From NCBI GenBank assembly GCA_964057225.1, contig OZ059900.1, forward strand, positions 16,616,001-16,680,000: 64,000 nt of DNA, read 5' to 3'. The position numbers and the translations under genes were made by a program. Within the stretch, counting starts at the first letter, position 1, and each line of letters starts with the position of its first letter. Below the pieces are notes generated by a model, which did no database searches, was not told where the DNA came from, and saw only the letters and a program-made list of their open reading frames with translations. This document shows positions 38,401 to 53,400 of the stretch, in pieces. This DNA is from Auanema rhodensis. Lineage: Eukaryota; Animalia; Nematoda.

Positions 38401-41400
38401 TTATGGCTAATATTGATTAAATCGATTTTTGTTCATATGAGTCGTCAAATGCAACGAATTTCAGCGTGTTACATACTAAAATGAAGCATTTTACATGCTG
38501 AACACTAGAAAAATACAAAAACACAGTATTTCCCATGAGAAATATTTTATTATGCTGGAAAACCAGTTTTTGGAAATTTCGCTGTAAACAAGGTTTTGAC
38601 TTACGATTTCATGTGTTCAAACTCATGCAATGTCAATGAAACCTAGCTCAAAATTGTTTGTACAACGTCTAGTTCCACTTTCACGACAAAAAAACAGGGG
38701 TTAGAAAATTAAGGAAATTAGCATATTCTGAGGGCACGCCCCTTATGGCTAATATTGATTAAATCGATTTTTGTTCATATGAGTCGTCAAATGCAACGAA
38801 TTTCAGCGTGTTACACACTAAAATGAAGCATTTCACATGCTGAACACTAGAAGAATACAAAAACACAGTATTTCCCATGAGAAATATTTTATTATGCTGG
38901 AAAACCAGTTTTTGGAAATTTCGCTGTAAACAAGGTTTTGACTTACGATTTCATGTGTTCAAACTCATGCAATGTCAATGAAACCTAGCTCAAAATTGTT
39001 TGTACAACGTCTAGTTCCACTTTCACGACAAAAAAACAGGGGTTAGAAAATTAAGGAAATTAGCATATTCTGAGGGCACGCCCCTTATGGCTAATATTGA
39101 TTAAATCGATTTTTGTTCATATGAGTCGTCAAATGCAACGAATTTCAGCGTGTTACACACTAAAATGAAGCATTTCACATGCTGAACACTAGAAGAATAC
39201 AAAAACACAGTATTTCCCATGAGAAATATTTTATCATGCTGGAAAACCAGTTTTTGGAAATTTCGCTGTAAACAAGGTTTTGACTTACGATTTCATGTGT
39301 TCAAACTCATGCAATGTCAATGAAACCTAGCTCAAAATTGTTCGTACAACGTCTAGTTCCACTTTCACGACAAAAAAACGGGGGTTAGAAAATTAAGGAA
39401 ATTAGCATATTCTGAGGGCACGCCCCTTATGGCTAATATTGATTAAATCGATTTTTGTTCATATGAGTCGTCAAATGCAACGAATTTCAGCGTGTTACAC
39501 ACTAAAATGAAGCATTTCACATGCTGAACACTAGAAGAATACAAAAACACAGTATTTCCCATGAGAAATATTTTATTATGCTGGAAAACCAGTTTGTGGA
39601 AATTTCGCTGTAAACAAGGTTTTGACTTACGATTTCATGTGTTCAAACTCATGCAATGTCAATGAAACCTAGCTCAAAATTGTTTGTACAACGTCTAGTT
39701 CCACTTTCACGACAAAAAAACAAGGGTTAGAAAATTAAGGAAATTAGCATATTCTGAGGGCACGCCCCTTATGGCTAATATTGATTAAATCGATTTTTGT
39801 TCATATGAGTCGTCAAATGCAACGAATTTCAGCGTGTTACATACTAAAATGAAGCATTTTACATGCTGAACACTAGAAAAATACAAAAACACAGTATTTC
39901 CCATGAGAAATATTTTATTATGCTGGAAAACCAGTTTTTGGAAATTTCGCTGTAAACAAGGTTTTGACTTACGATTTCATGTGTTCAAACTCATGCAATG
40001 TCAATGAAACCTAGCTCAAAATTGTTTGTACAACGTCTAGTTCCACTTTCACGACAAAAAAACAGGGGTTAGAAAATTAAGGAAATTAGCATATTCTGAG
40101 GGCACGCCCCTTATGGCTAATATTGATTAAATCGATTTTTGTTCATATGAGTCGTCAAATGCAACGAATTTCAGCGTGTTACACACTAAAATGAAGCATT
40201 TCACATGCTGAACACTAGAAGAATACAAAAACACAGTATTTCCCATGAGAAATATTTTATTATGCTGGAAAACCAGTTTTTGGAAATTTCGCTGTAAACA
40301 AGGTTTTGACTTACGATTTCATGTGTTCAAACTCATGCAATGTCAATGAAACCTAGCTCAAAATTGTTTGTACAACGTCTAGTTCCACTTTCACGACAAA
40401 AAAACAGGGGTTAGAAAATTAAGGAAATTAGCATATTCTGAGGGCACGCCCCTTATGGCTAATATTGATTAAATCGATTTTTGTTCATATGAGTCGTCAA
40501 ATGCAACGAATTTCAGCGTGTTACACACTAAAATGAAGCATTTCACATGCTGAACACTAGAAGAATACAAAAACACAGTATTTCCCATGAGAAATATTTT
40601 ATCATGCTGGAAAACCAGTTTTTGGAAATTTCGCTGTAAACAAGGTTTTGACTTACGATTTCATGTGTTCAAACTCATGCAATGTCAATGAAACCTAGCT
40701 CAAAATTGTTCGTACAACGTCTAGTTCCACTTTCACGACAAAAAAACGGGGGTTAGAAAATTAAGGAAATTAGCATATTCTGAGGGCACGCCCCTTATGG
40801 CTAATATTGATTAAATCGATTTTTGTTCATATGAGTCGTCAAATGCAACGAATTTCAGCGTGTTACACACTAAAATGAAGCATTTCACATGCTGAACACT
40901 AGAAGAATACAAAAACACAGTATTTCCCATGAGAAATATTTTATTATGCTGGAAAACCAGTTTGTGGAAATTTCGCTGTAAACAAGGTTTTGACTTACGA
41001 TTTCATGTGTTCAAACTCATGCAATGTCAATGAAACCTAGCTCAAAATTGTTCGTACAACGTCTAGTTCCACTTTCACGACAAAAAAACAGGGGTTAGAA
41101 AATTAAGGAAATTAGCATATTCTGAGGGCACGCCCCTTATGGCTAATATTGATTAAATCGATTTTTGTTCATATGAGTCGTCAAATGCAACGAATTTCAG
41201 CGTGTTACATACTAAAATGAAGCATTTTACATGCTGAACACTAGAAAAATACAAAAACACAGTATTTCCCATGAGAAATATTTTATCATGCTGGAAAACC
41301 AGTTTTTGGAAATTTCGCTGTAAACAAGGTTTTGACTTACGATTTCATGTGTTCAAACTCATGCAATGTCAATGAAACCTAGCTCAAAATTGTTTGTACA

Positions 41401-44400
41401 ACGTCTAGTTCCACTTTCACGACAAAAAAACAAGGGTTAGAAAATTAAGGAAATTAGCATATTCTGAGGGCACGCCCCTTATGGCTAATATTGATTAAAT
41501 CGATTTTTGTTCATATGAGTCGTCAAATGCAACGAATTTCAGCGTGTTACATACTAAAATGAAGCATTTTACATGCTGAACACTAGAAAAATACAAAAAC
41601 ACAGTATTTCCCATGAGAAATATTTTATTATGCTGGAAAACCAGTTTTTGGAAATTTCGCTGTAAACAAGGTTTTGACTTACGATTTCATGTGTTCAAAC
41701 TCATGCAATGTCAATGAAACCTAGCTCAAAATTGTTTGTACAACGTCTAGTTCCACTTTCACGACAAAAAAACAGGGGTTAGAAAATTAAGGAAATTAGC
41801 ATATTCTGAGGGCACGCCCCTTATGGCTAATATTGATTAAATCGATTTTTGTTCATATGAGTCGTCAAATGCAACGAATTTCAGCGTGTTACACACTAAA
41901 ATGAAGCATTTCACATGCTGAACACTAGAAGAATACAAAAACACAGTATTTCCCATGAGAAATATTTTATTATGCTGGAAAACCAGTTTTTCGAAATTTC
42001 GCTGTAAACAAGGTTTTGACTTACGATTTCATGTGTTCAAACTCATGCAATGTCAATGAAACCTAGCTCAAAATTGTTCGTACAACGTCTAGTTCCACTT
42101 TCACGACAAAAAAACAAGGGTTAGAAAATTAAGGAAATTAGCATATTCTGAGGGCACGCCCCTTATGGCTAATATTGATTAAATCGATTTTTGTTCATAT
42201 GAGTCGTCAAATGCAACGAATTTCAGCGTGTTACATACTAAAATGAAGCATTTTACATGCTGAACACTAGAAAAATACAAAAACACAGTATTTCCCATGA
42301 TAAATATTTTATTATGCTGGAAAACCAGTTTTTGGAAATTTCGCTGTAAACAAGGTTTTGACTTACGATTTCATGTGTTCAAACTCATGCAATGTCAATG
42401 AAACCTAGCTCAAAATTGTTCGTACAACGTCTAGTTCCACTTTCACGACAAAAAAACAGGGGTTAGAAAATTAAGGAAATTAGCATATTCTGAGGGCACG
42501 CCCCTTATGGCTAATATTGATTAAATCGATTTTTGTTCATATGAGTCGTCAAATGCAACGAATTTCAGCGTGTTACATACTAAAATGAAGCATTTTACAT
42601 GCTGAACACTAGAAGAATACAAAAACACAGTATTTCCCATGAGAAATATTTTATTATGCTGGAAAACCAGTTTGTGGAAATTTCGCTGTAAACAAGGTTT
42701 TGACTTACGATTTCATGTGTTCAAACTCATGCAATGTCAATGAAACCTAGCTCAAAATTGTTCGTACAACGTCTAGTTCCACTTTCACGACAAAAAAACA
42801 GGGGTTAGAAAATTAAGGAAATTAGCATATTCTGAGGGCACGCCCCTTATGGCTAATATTGATTAAATCGATTTTTGTTCATATGAGTCGTCAAATGCAA
42901 CGAATTTCAGCGTGTTACATACTAAAATGAAGCATTTTACATGCTGAACACTAGAAAAATACAAAAACACAGTATTTCCCATGAGAAATATTTTATCATG
43001 CTGGAAAACCAGTTTTTGGAAATTTCGCTGTAAACAAGGTTTTGACTTACGATTTCATGTGTTCAAACTCATGCAATGTCAATGAAACCTAGCTCAAAAT
43101 TGTTTGTACAACGTCTAGTTCCACTTTCACGACAAAAAAACAAGGGTTAGAAAATTAAGGAAATTAGCATATTCTGAGGGCACGCCCCTTATGGCTAATA
43201 TTGATTAAATCGATTTTTGTTCATATGAGTCGTCAAGTGCAACGAATTTCAGCGTGTTACATACTAAAATGAAGCATTTTACATGCTGAACACTAGAAAA
43301 ATACAAAAACACAGTATTTCCCATGAGAAATATTTTATTATGCTGGAAAACCAGTTTTTGGAAATTTCGCTGTAAACAAGGTTTTGACTTACGATTTCAT
43401 GTGTTCAAACTCATGCAATGTCAATGAAACCTAGCTCAAAATTGTTCGTACAACGTCTAGTTCCACTTTCACGACAAAAAAACAGGGGTTAGAAAATTAA
43501 GGAAATTAGCATATTCTGAGGGCACGCCCCTTATGGCTAATATTGATTAAATCGATTTTTGTTCATATGAGTCGTCAAATGCAACGAATTTCAGCGTGTT
43601 ACACACTAAAATGAAGCATTTCACATGCTGAACACTAGAAGAATACAAAAACACAGTATTTCCCATGAGAAATATTTTATTATGCTGGAAAACCAGTTTT
43701 TCGAAATTTCGCTGTAAACAAGGTTTTGACTTACGATTTCATGTGTTCAAACTCATGCAATGTCAATGAAACCTAGCTCAAAATTGTTCGTACAACGTCT
43801 AGTTCCACTTTCACGACAAAAAAACAAGGGTTAGAAAATTAAGGAAATTAGCATATTCTGAGGGCACGCCCCTTATGGCTAATATTGATTAAATCGATTT
43901 TTGTTCATATGAGTCGTCAAATGCAACGAATTTCAGCGTGTTACATACTAAAATGAAGCATTTTACATGCTGAACACTAGAAAAATACAAAAACACAGTA
44001 TTTCCCATGAGAAATGTTTTATTATGCTGGAAAACCAGTTTTTGGAAATTTCGCTGTAAACAAGGTTTTGACTTACGATTTCATGTGTTCAAACTCATGC
44101 AATGTCAATGAAACCTAGCTCAAAATTGTTCGTACAACGTCTAGTTCCACTTTCACGACAAAAAAACAGGGGTTAGAAAATTAAGGAAATTAGCATATTC
44201 TGAGGGCACGCCCCTTATGGCTAATATTGATTAAATCGATTTTTGTTCATATGAGTCGTCAAATGCAACGAATTTCAGCGTGTTACATACAATGAAGCAT
44301 TTCACATGCTGAACACTAGAAAAATACAAAAACACAGTATTTCCCATGAGAAATATTTTATTATGCTGGAAAACCAGTTTTTGGAAATTTCGCTGTAAAC

Positions 44401-47400
44401 AAGTTTTTGACTTACGATTTCATGTGTTCAAACTCATGCAATGTCAATGAAACCTAGCTCAAAATTGTTCCTACAACGTCTAGTTCCACTTTCACGACAA
44501 AAAAACAGGGGTTAGAAAATTAAGGAAATTAGCATATTCTGAGGGCACGCCTCTTATGGCTAATATTGATTAAATCGATTTTTGTTCATATGAGTCGTCA
44601 AATGCAACGAATTTCAGCGTGTTACATACTAAAATGAAGCATTTTACATGCTGAACACTAGAAGAATACAAAAACACAGTATTTCCCATGAGAAATATTT
44701 TATTATGCTGGAAAACCAGTTTGTGGAAATTTCGCTGTAAACAAGGTTTTGACTTACGATTTCATGTGTTCAAACTCATGCAATGTCAATGAAACCTAGC
44801 TCAAAATTGTTCGTACAACGTCTAGTTCCACTTTCACGACAAAAAAACAGGGGTTAGAAAATTAAGGAAATTAGCATATTCTGAGGGCACGCCCCTTATG
44901 GCTAATATTGATTAAATCGATTTTTGTTCATATGAGTCGTCAAATGCAACGAATTTCAGCGTGTTACACACTAAAATGAAGCATTTCACATGCTGAACAC
45001 TAGAAGAATACAAAAACACAGTATTTCCCATGAGAAATATTTTATTATGCTGGAAAACCAGTTTTTGGAAATTTCGCTGTAAACAAGGTTTTGACTTACG
45101 ATTTCATGTGTTCAAACTCATGCAATGTCAATGAAACCTAGCTCAAAATTGTTCGTACAACGTCTAGTTCCACTTTCACGACAAAAAAACAGGGGTTAGA
45201 AAATTAAGGAAATTAGCATATTCTGAGGGCACGCCCCTTATGGCTAATATTGATTAAATCGATTTTTGTTCATATGAGTCGTCAAATGCAACGAATTTCA
45301 GCGTGTTACACACTAAAATGAAGCATTTCACATGCTGAACACTAGAAGAATACAAAAACACAGTATTTCCCATGAGAAATATTTTATTATGCTGGAAAAC
45401 CAGTTTTTCGAAATTTCGCTGTAAACAAGGTTTTGACTTACGATTTCATGTGTTCAAACTCATGCAATGTCAATGAAACCTAGCTCAAAATTGTTCGTAC
45501 AACGTCTAGTTCCACTTTCACGACAAAAAAACAAGGGTTAGAAAATTAAGGAAATTAGCATATTCTGAGGGCACGCCCCTTATGGCTAATATTGATTAAA
45601 TCGATTTTTGTTCATATGAGTCGTCAAATGCAACGAATTTCAGCGTGTTACATACTAAAATGAAGCATTTTACATGCTGAACACTAGAAAAATACAAAAA
45701 CACAGTATTTCCCATGAGAAATGTTTTATTATGCTGGAAAACCAGTTTTTGGAAATTTCGCTGTAAACAAGGTTTTGACTTACGATTTCATGTGTTCAAA
45801 CTCATGCAATGTCAATGAAACCTAGCTCAAAATTGTTCGTACAACGTCTAGTTCCACTTTCACGACAAAAAAACAGGGGTTAGAAAATTAAGGAAATTAG
45901 CATATTCTGAGGGCACGCCCCTTATGGCTAATATTGATTAAATCGATTTTTGTTCATATGAGTCGTCAAATGCAACGAATTTCAGCGTGTTACATACTAA
46001 AATGAAGCATTTTACATGCTGAACACTAGAAGAATACAAAAACACAGTATTTCCCATGAGAAATATTTTATTATGCTGGAAAACCAGTTTGTGGAAATTT
46101 CGCTGTAAACAAGGTTTTGACTTACGATTTCATGTGTTCAAACTCATGCAATGTCAATGAAACCTAGCTCAAAATTGTTCGTACAACGTCTAGTTCCACT
46201 TTCACGACAAAAAAACAGGGGTTAGAAAATTAAGGAAATTAGCATATTCTGAGGGCACGCCCCTTATGGCTAATATTGATTAAATCGATTTTTGTTCATA
46301 TGAGTCGTCAAATGCAACGAATTTCAGCGTGTTACACACTAAAATGAAGCATTTCACATGCTGAACACTAGAAGAATACAAAAACACAGTATTTCCCATG
46401 AGAAATATTTTATTATGCTGGAAAACCAGTTTTTGGAAATTTCGCTGTAAACAAGGTTTTGACTTACGATTTCATGTGTTCAAACTCATGCAATGTCAAT
46501 GAAACCTAGCTCAAAATTGTTCGTACAACGTCTAGTTCCACTTTCACGACAAAAAAACAGGGGTTAGAAAATTAAGGAAATTAGCATATTCTGAGGGCAC
46601 GCCCCTTATGGCTAATATTGATTAAATCGATTTTTGTTCATATGAGTCGTCAAATGCAACGAATTTCAGCGTGTTACATACTAAAATGAAGCATTTTACA
46701 TGCTGAACACTAGAAAAATACAAAAACACAGTATTTCCCATGAGAAATATTTTATTATGCTGGAAAACCAGTTTTTGGAAATTTCGCTGTAAACAAGGTT
46801 TTGACTTACGATTTCATGTGTTCAAACTCATGCAATGTCAATGAAACCTAGCTCAAAATTGTTCGTACAACGTCTAGTTCCACTTTCACGACAAAAAAAC
46901 AGGGGTTAGAAAATTAAGGAAATTAGCATATTCTGAGGGCACGCCCCTTATGGCTAATATTGATTAAATCGATTTTTGTTCATATGAGTCGTCAAATGCA
47001 ACGAATTTCAGCGTGTTACATACTAAAATGAAGCATTTTACATGCTGAACACTAGAAAAATACAAAAACACAGTATTTCCCATGAGAAATATTTTATTAT
47101 GCTGGAAAACCAGTTTTTGGAAATTTCGCTGTAAACAAGGTTTTGACTTACGATTTCATGTGTTCAAACTCATGCAATGTCAATGAAACCTAGCTCAAAA
47201 TTGTTCGTACAACGTCTAGTTCCACTTTCACGACAAAAAAACAGGGGTTAGAAAATTAAGGAAATTAGCATATTCTGAGGGCACGCCCCTTATGGCTAAT
47301 ATTGATTAAATCGATTTTTGTTCATATGAGTCGTCAAATGCAACGAATTTCAGCGTGTTACATACTAAAATGAAGCATTTTACATGCTGAACACTAGAAG

Positions 47401-50400
47401 AATACAAAAACACAGTATTTCCCATGAGAAATATTTTATCATGCTGGAAAACCAGTTTGTGGAAATTTCGCTGTAAACAAGGTTTTGACTTACGATTTCA
47501 TGTGTTCAAACTCATGCAATGTCAATGAAACCTAGCTCAAAATTGTTCGTACAACGTCTAGTTCCACTTTCACGACAAAAAAACAGGGGTTAGAAAATTA
47601 AGGAAATTAGCATATTCTGAGGGCACGCCCCTTATGGCTAATATTGATTAAATCGATTTTTGTTCATATGAGTCGTCAAATGCAACGAATTTCAGCGTGT
47701 TACATACTAAAATGAAGCATTTTACATGCTGAACACTAGAAGAATACAAAAACACAGTATTTCCCATGAGAAATATTTTATTATGCTGGAAAACCAGTTT
47801 TTGGAAATTTCGCTGTAAACAAGGTTTTGACTTACGATTTCATGTGTTCAAACTCATGCAATGTCAATGAAACCTAGCTCAAAATTGTTCGTACAACGTC
47901 TAGTTCCACTTTCACGACAAAAAAACAGGGGTTAGAAAATTAAAGAAATTAGCATATTCTGAGGGCACGCCCCTTATGGCTAATATTGATTAAATCGATT
48001 TTTGTTCATATGAGTCGTCAAATGCAACGAATTTCAGCGTGTTACATACTAAAATGAAGCATTTTACATGCTGAACACTAGAAAAATACAAAAACACAGT
48101 ATTTCCCATGAGAAATATTTTATCATGCTGGAAAACCAGTTTTTGGAAATTTCGCTGTAAACAAGGTTTTGACTTACGATTTCATGTGTTCAAACTCATG
48201 CAATGTCAATGAAACCTAGCTCAAAATTGTTTGTACAACGTCTAGTTCCACTTTCACGACAAAAAAACAAGGGTTAGAAAATTAAGGAAATTAGCATATT
48301 CTGAGGGCACGCCCCTTATGGCTAATATTGATTAAATCGATTTTTGTTCATATGAGTCGTCAAATGCAACGAATTTCAGCGTGTTACATACTAAAATGAA
48401 GCATTTTACATGCTGAACACTAGAAAAATACAAAAACACAGTATTTCCCATGAGAAATATTTTATTATGCTGGAAAACCAGTTTTTGGAAATTTCGCTGT
48501 AAACAAGGTTTTGACTTACGATTTCATGTGTTCAAACTCATGCAATGTCAATGAAACCTAGCTCAAAATTGTTCGTACAACGTCTAGTTCCACTTTCACG
48601 ACAAAAAAACAGGGGTTAGAAAATTAAGGAAATTAGCATATTCTGAGGGCACGCCCCTTATGGCTAATATTGATTAAATCGATTTTTGTTCATATGAGTC
48701 GTCAAATGCAACGAATTTCAGCGTGTTACACACTAAAATGAAGCATTTCACATGCTGAACACTAGAAGAATACAAAACACAGTATTTCCTATGAGAAATA
48801 TTTTATTATGCTGGAAAACCAGTTTTTCGAAATTTCGCTGTAAACAAGGTTTTGACTTACGATTTCATGTGTTCAAACTCATGCAATGTCAATGAAACCT
48901 AGCTCAAAATTGTTCGTACAACGTCTAGTTCCACTTTCACGACAAAAAAACAAGGGTTAGAAAATTAAGGAAATTAGCATATTCTGAGGGCACGCCCCTT
49001 ATGGCTAATATTGATTAAATCGATTTTTGTTCATATGAGTCGTCAAATGCAACGAATTTCAGCGTGTTACATACTAAAATGAAGCATTTTACATGCTGAA
49101 CACTAGAAAAATACAAAAACACAGTATTTCCCATGAGAAATATTTTATTATGCTGGAAAACCAGTTTTTGGAAATTTCGCTGTAAACAAGGTTTTGACTT
49201 ACGATTTCATGTGTTCAAACTCATGCAATGTCAATGAAACCTAGCTCAAAATTGTTCGTACAACGTCTAGTTCCACTTTCACGACAAAAAAACAGGGGTT
49301 AGAAAATTAAGGAAATTAGCATATTCTGAGGGCACGCCCCTTATGGCTAATATTGATTAAATCGATTTTTGTTCATATGAGTCGTCAAATGCAACGAATT
49401 TCAGCGTGTTACATACTAAAATGAAGCATTTTACATGCTGAACACTAGAAAAATACAAAAACACAGTATTTCCCATGAGAAATATTTTATCATGCTGGAA
49501 AACCAGTTTTTGGAAATTTCGCTGTAAACAAGGTTTTGACTTACGATTTCATGTGTTCAAACTCATGCAATGTCAATGAAACCTAGCTCAAAATTGTTTG
49601 TACAACGTCTAGTTCCACTTTCACGACAAAAAAACAAGGGTTAGAAAATTAAGGAAATTAGCATATTCTGAGGGCACGCCCCTTATGGCTAATATTGATT
49701 AAATCGATTTTTGTTCATATGAGTCGTCAAATGCAACGAATTTCAGCGTGTTACATACTAAAATGAAGCATTTTACATGCTGAACACTAGAAAAATACAA
49801 AAACACAGTATTTCCCATGAGAAATATTTTATTATGCTGGAAAACCAGTTTTTGGAAATTTCGCTGTAAACAAGGTTTTGACTTACGATTTCATGTGTTC
49901 AAACTCATGCAATGTCAATGAAACCTAGCTCAAAATTGTTCGTACAACGTCTAGTTCCACTTTCACGACAAAAAAACAGGGGTTAGAAAATTAAGGAAAT
50001 TAGCATATTCTGAGGGCACGCCCCTTATGGCTGATATTGATTAAATCGATTTTTGTTCATATGAGTCGTCAAATGCAACGAATTTCAGCGTGTTACACAC
50101 TAAAATGAAGCATTTCACATGCTGAACACTAGAAGAATACAAAAACACAGTTTTTCCATGAGAAATATTTTATTATGCTGGAAAACCAGTTTTTCGAAAT
50201 TTCGCTGTAAACAAGGTTTTGACTTACGATTTCATGTGTTCAAACTCATGCAATGTCAATGAAACCTAGCTCAAAATTGTTCGTACAACGTCTAGTTCCA
50301 CTTTCACGACAAAAAAACAAGGGTTAGAAAATTAAGGAAATTAGCATATTCTGAGGGCACGCCCCTTATGGCTAATATTGATTAAATCGATTTTTGTTCA

Positions 50401-53400
50401 TATGAGTCGTCAAATGCAACGAATTTCAGCGTGTTACATACTAAAATGAAGCATTTTACATGCTGAACACTAGAAAAATACAAAAACACAGTATTTCCCA
50501 TGAGAAATATTTTATCATGCTGGAAAACCAGTTTTTGGAAATTTCGCTGTAAACAAGGTTTTGACTTACGATTTCATGTGTTCAAACTCATGCAATGTCA
50601 ATGAAACCTAGCTCAAAATTGTTTGTACAACGTCTAGTTCCACTTTCACGACAAAAAAACAAGGGTTAGAAAATTAAGGAAATTAGCATATTCTGAGGGC
50701 ACGCCCCTTATGGCTAATATTGATTAAATCGATTTTTGTTCATATGAGTCGTCAAATGCAACGAATTTCAGCGTGTTACATACTAAAATGAAGCATTTTA
50801 CATGCTGAACACTAGAAAAATACAAAAACACAGTATTTCCCATGAGAAATATTTTATCATGCTGGAAAACCAGTTTTTGGAAATTTCGCTGTAAACAAGG
50901 TTTTGACTTACGATTTCATGTGTTCAAACTCATGCAATGTCAATGAAACCTAGCTCAAAATTGTTTGTACAACGTCTAGTTCCACTTTCACGACAAAAAA
51001 ACAAGGGTTAGAAAATTAAGGAAATTAGCATATTCTGAGGGCACGCCCCTTATGGCTAATATTGATTAAATCGATTTTTGTTCATATGAGTCGTCAAATG
51101 CAACGAATTTCAGCGTGTTACATACTAAAATGAAGCATTTTACATGCTGAACACTAGAAAAATACAAAAACACAGTATTTCCCATGAGAAATATTTTATT
51201 ATGCTGGAAAACCAGTTTTTGGAAATTTCGCTGTAAACAAGGTTTTGACTTACGATTTCATGTGTTCAAACTCATGCAATGTCAATGAAACCTAGCTCAA
51301 AATTGTTCGTACAACGTCTAGTTCCACTTTCACGACAAAAAAACAGGGGTTAGAAAATTAAGGAAATTAGCATATTCTGAGGGCACGCCCCTTATGGCTA
51401 ATATTGATTAAATCGATTTTTGTTCATATGAGTCGTCAAATGCAACGAATTTCAGCGTGTTACACACTAAAATGAAGCATTTCACATGCTGAACACTAGA
51501 AGAATACAAAACACAGTATTTCCTATGAGAAATATTTTATTATGCTGGAAAACCAGTTTTTCGAAATTTCGCTGTAAACAAGGTTTTGACTTACGATTTC
51601 ATGTGTTCAAACTCATGCAATGTCAATGAAACCTAGCTCAAAATTGTTCGTACAACGTCTAGTTCCACTTTCACGACAAAAAAACAAGGGTTAGAAAATT
51701 AAGGAAATTAGCATATTCTGAGGGCACGCCCCTTATGGCTAATATTGATTAAATCGATTTTTGTTCATATGAGTCGTCAAATGCAACGAATTTCAGCGTG
51801 TTACATACTAAAATGAAGCATTTTACATGCTGAACACTAGAAAAATACAAAAACACAGTATTTCCCATGAGAAATATTTTATTATGCTGGAAAACCAGTT
51901 TTTGGAAATTTCGCTGTAAACAAGGTTTTGACTTACGATTTCATGTGTTCAAACTCATGCAATGTCAATGAAACCTAGCTCAAAATTGTTCGTACAACGT
52001 CTAGTTCCACTTTCACGACAAAAAAACAGGGGTTAGAAAATTAAGGAAATTAGCATATTCTGAGGGCACGCCCCTTATGGCTAATATTGATTAAATCGAT
52101 TTTTGTTCATATGAGTCGTCAAATGCAACGAATTTCAGCGTGTTACATACTAAAATGAAGCATTTTACATGCTGAACACTAGAAAAATACAAAAACACAG
52201 TATTTCCCATGAGAAATATTTTATCATGCTGGAAAACCAGTTTTTGGAAATTTCGCTGTAAACAAGGTTTTGACTTACGATTTCATGTGTTCAAACTCAT
52301 GCAATGTCAATGAAACCTAGCTCAAAATTGTTTGTACAACGTCTAGTTCCACTTTCACGACAAAAAAACAAGGGTTAGAAAATTAAGGAAATTAGCATAT
52401 TCTGAGGGCACGCCCCTTATGGCTAATATTGATTAAATCGATTTTTGTTCATATGAGTCGTCAAATGCAACGAATTTCAGCGTGTTACATACTAAAATGA
52501 AGCATTTTACATGCTGAACACTAGAAAAATACAAAAACACAGTATTTCCCATGAGAAATATTTTATTATGCTGGAAAACCAGTTTTTGGAAATTTCGCTG
52601 TAAACAAGGTTTTGACTTACGATTTCATGTGTTCAAACTCATGCAATGTCAATGAAACCTAGCTCAAAATTGTTCGTACAACGTCTAGTTCCACTTTCAC
52701 GACAAAAAAACAGGGGTTAGAAAATTAAGGAAATTAGCATATTCTGAGGGCACGCCCCTTATGGCTGATATTGATTAAATCGATTTTTGTTCATATGAGT
52801 CGTCAAATGCAACGAATTTCAGCGTGTTACACACTAAAATGAAGCATTTCACATGCTGAACACTAGAAGAATACAAAAACACAGTTTTTCCATGAGAAAT
52901 ATTTTATTATGCTGGAAAACCAGTTTTTCGAAATTTCGCTGTAAACAAGGTTTTGACTTACGATTTCATGTGTTCAAACTCATGCAATGTCAATGAAACC
53001 TAGCTCAAAATTGTTCGTACAACGTCTAGTTCCACTTTCACGACAAAAAAACAAGGGTTAGAAAATTAAGGAAATTAGCATATTCTGAGGGCACGCCCCT
53101 TATGGCTAATATTGATTAAATCGATTTTTGTTCATATGAGTCGTCAAATGCAACGAATTTCAGCGTGTTACATACTAAAATGAAGCATTTTACATGCTGA
53201 ACACTAGAAAAATACAAAAACACAGTATTTCCCATGAGAAATATTTTATCATGCTGGAAAACCAGTTTTTGGAAATTTCGCTGTAAACAAGGTTTTGACT
53301 TACGATTTCATGTGTTCAAACTCATGCAATGTCAATGAAACCTAGCTCAAAATTGTTTGTACAACGTCTAGTTCCACTTTCACGACAAAAAAACAAGGGT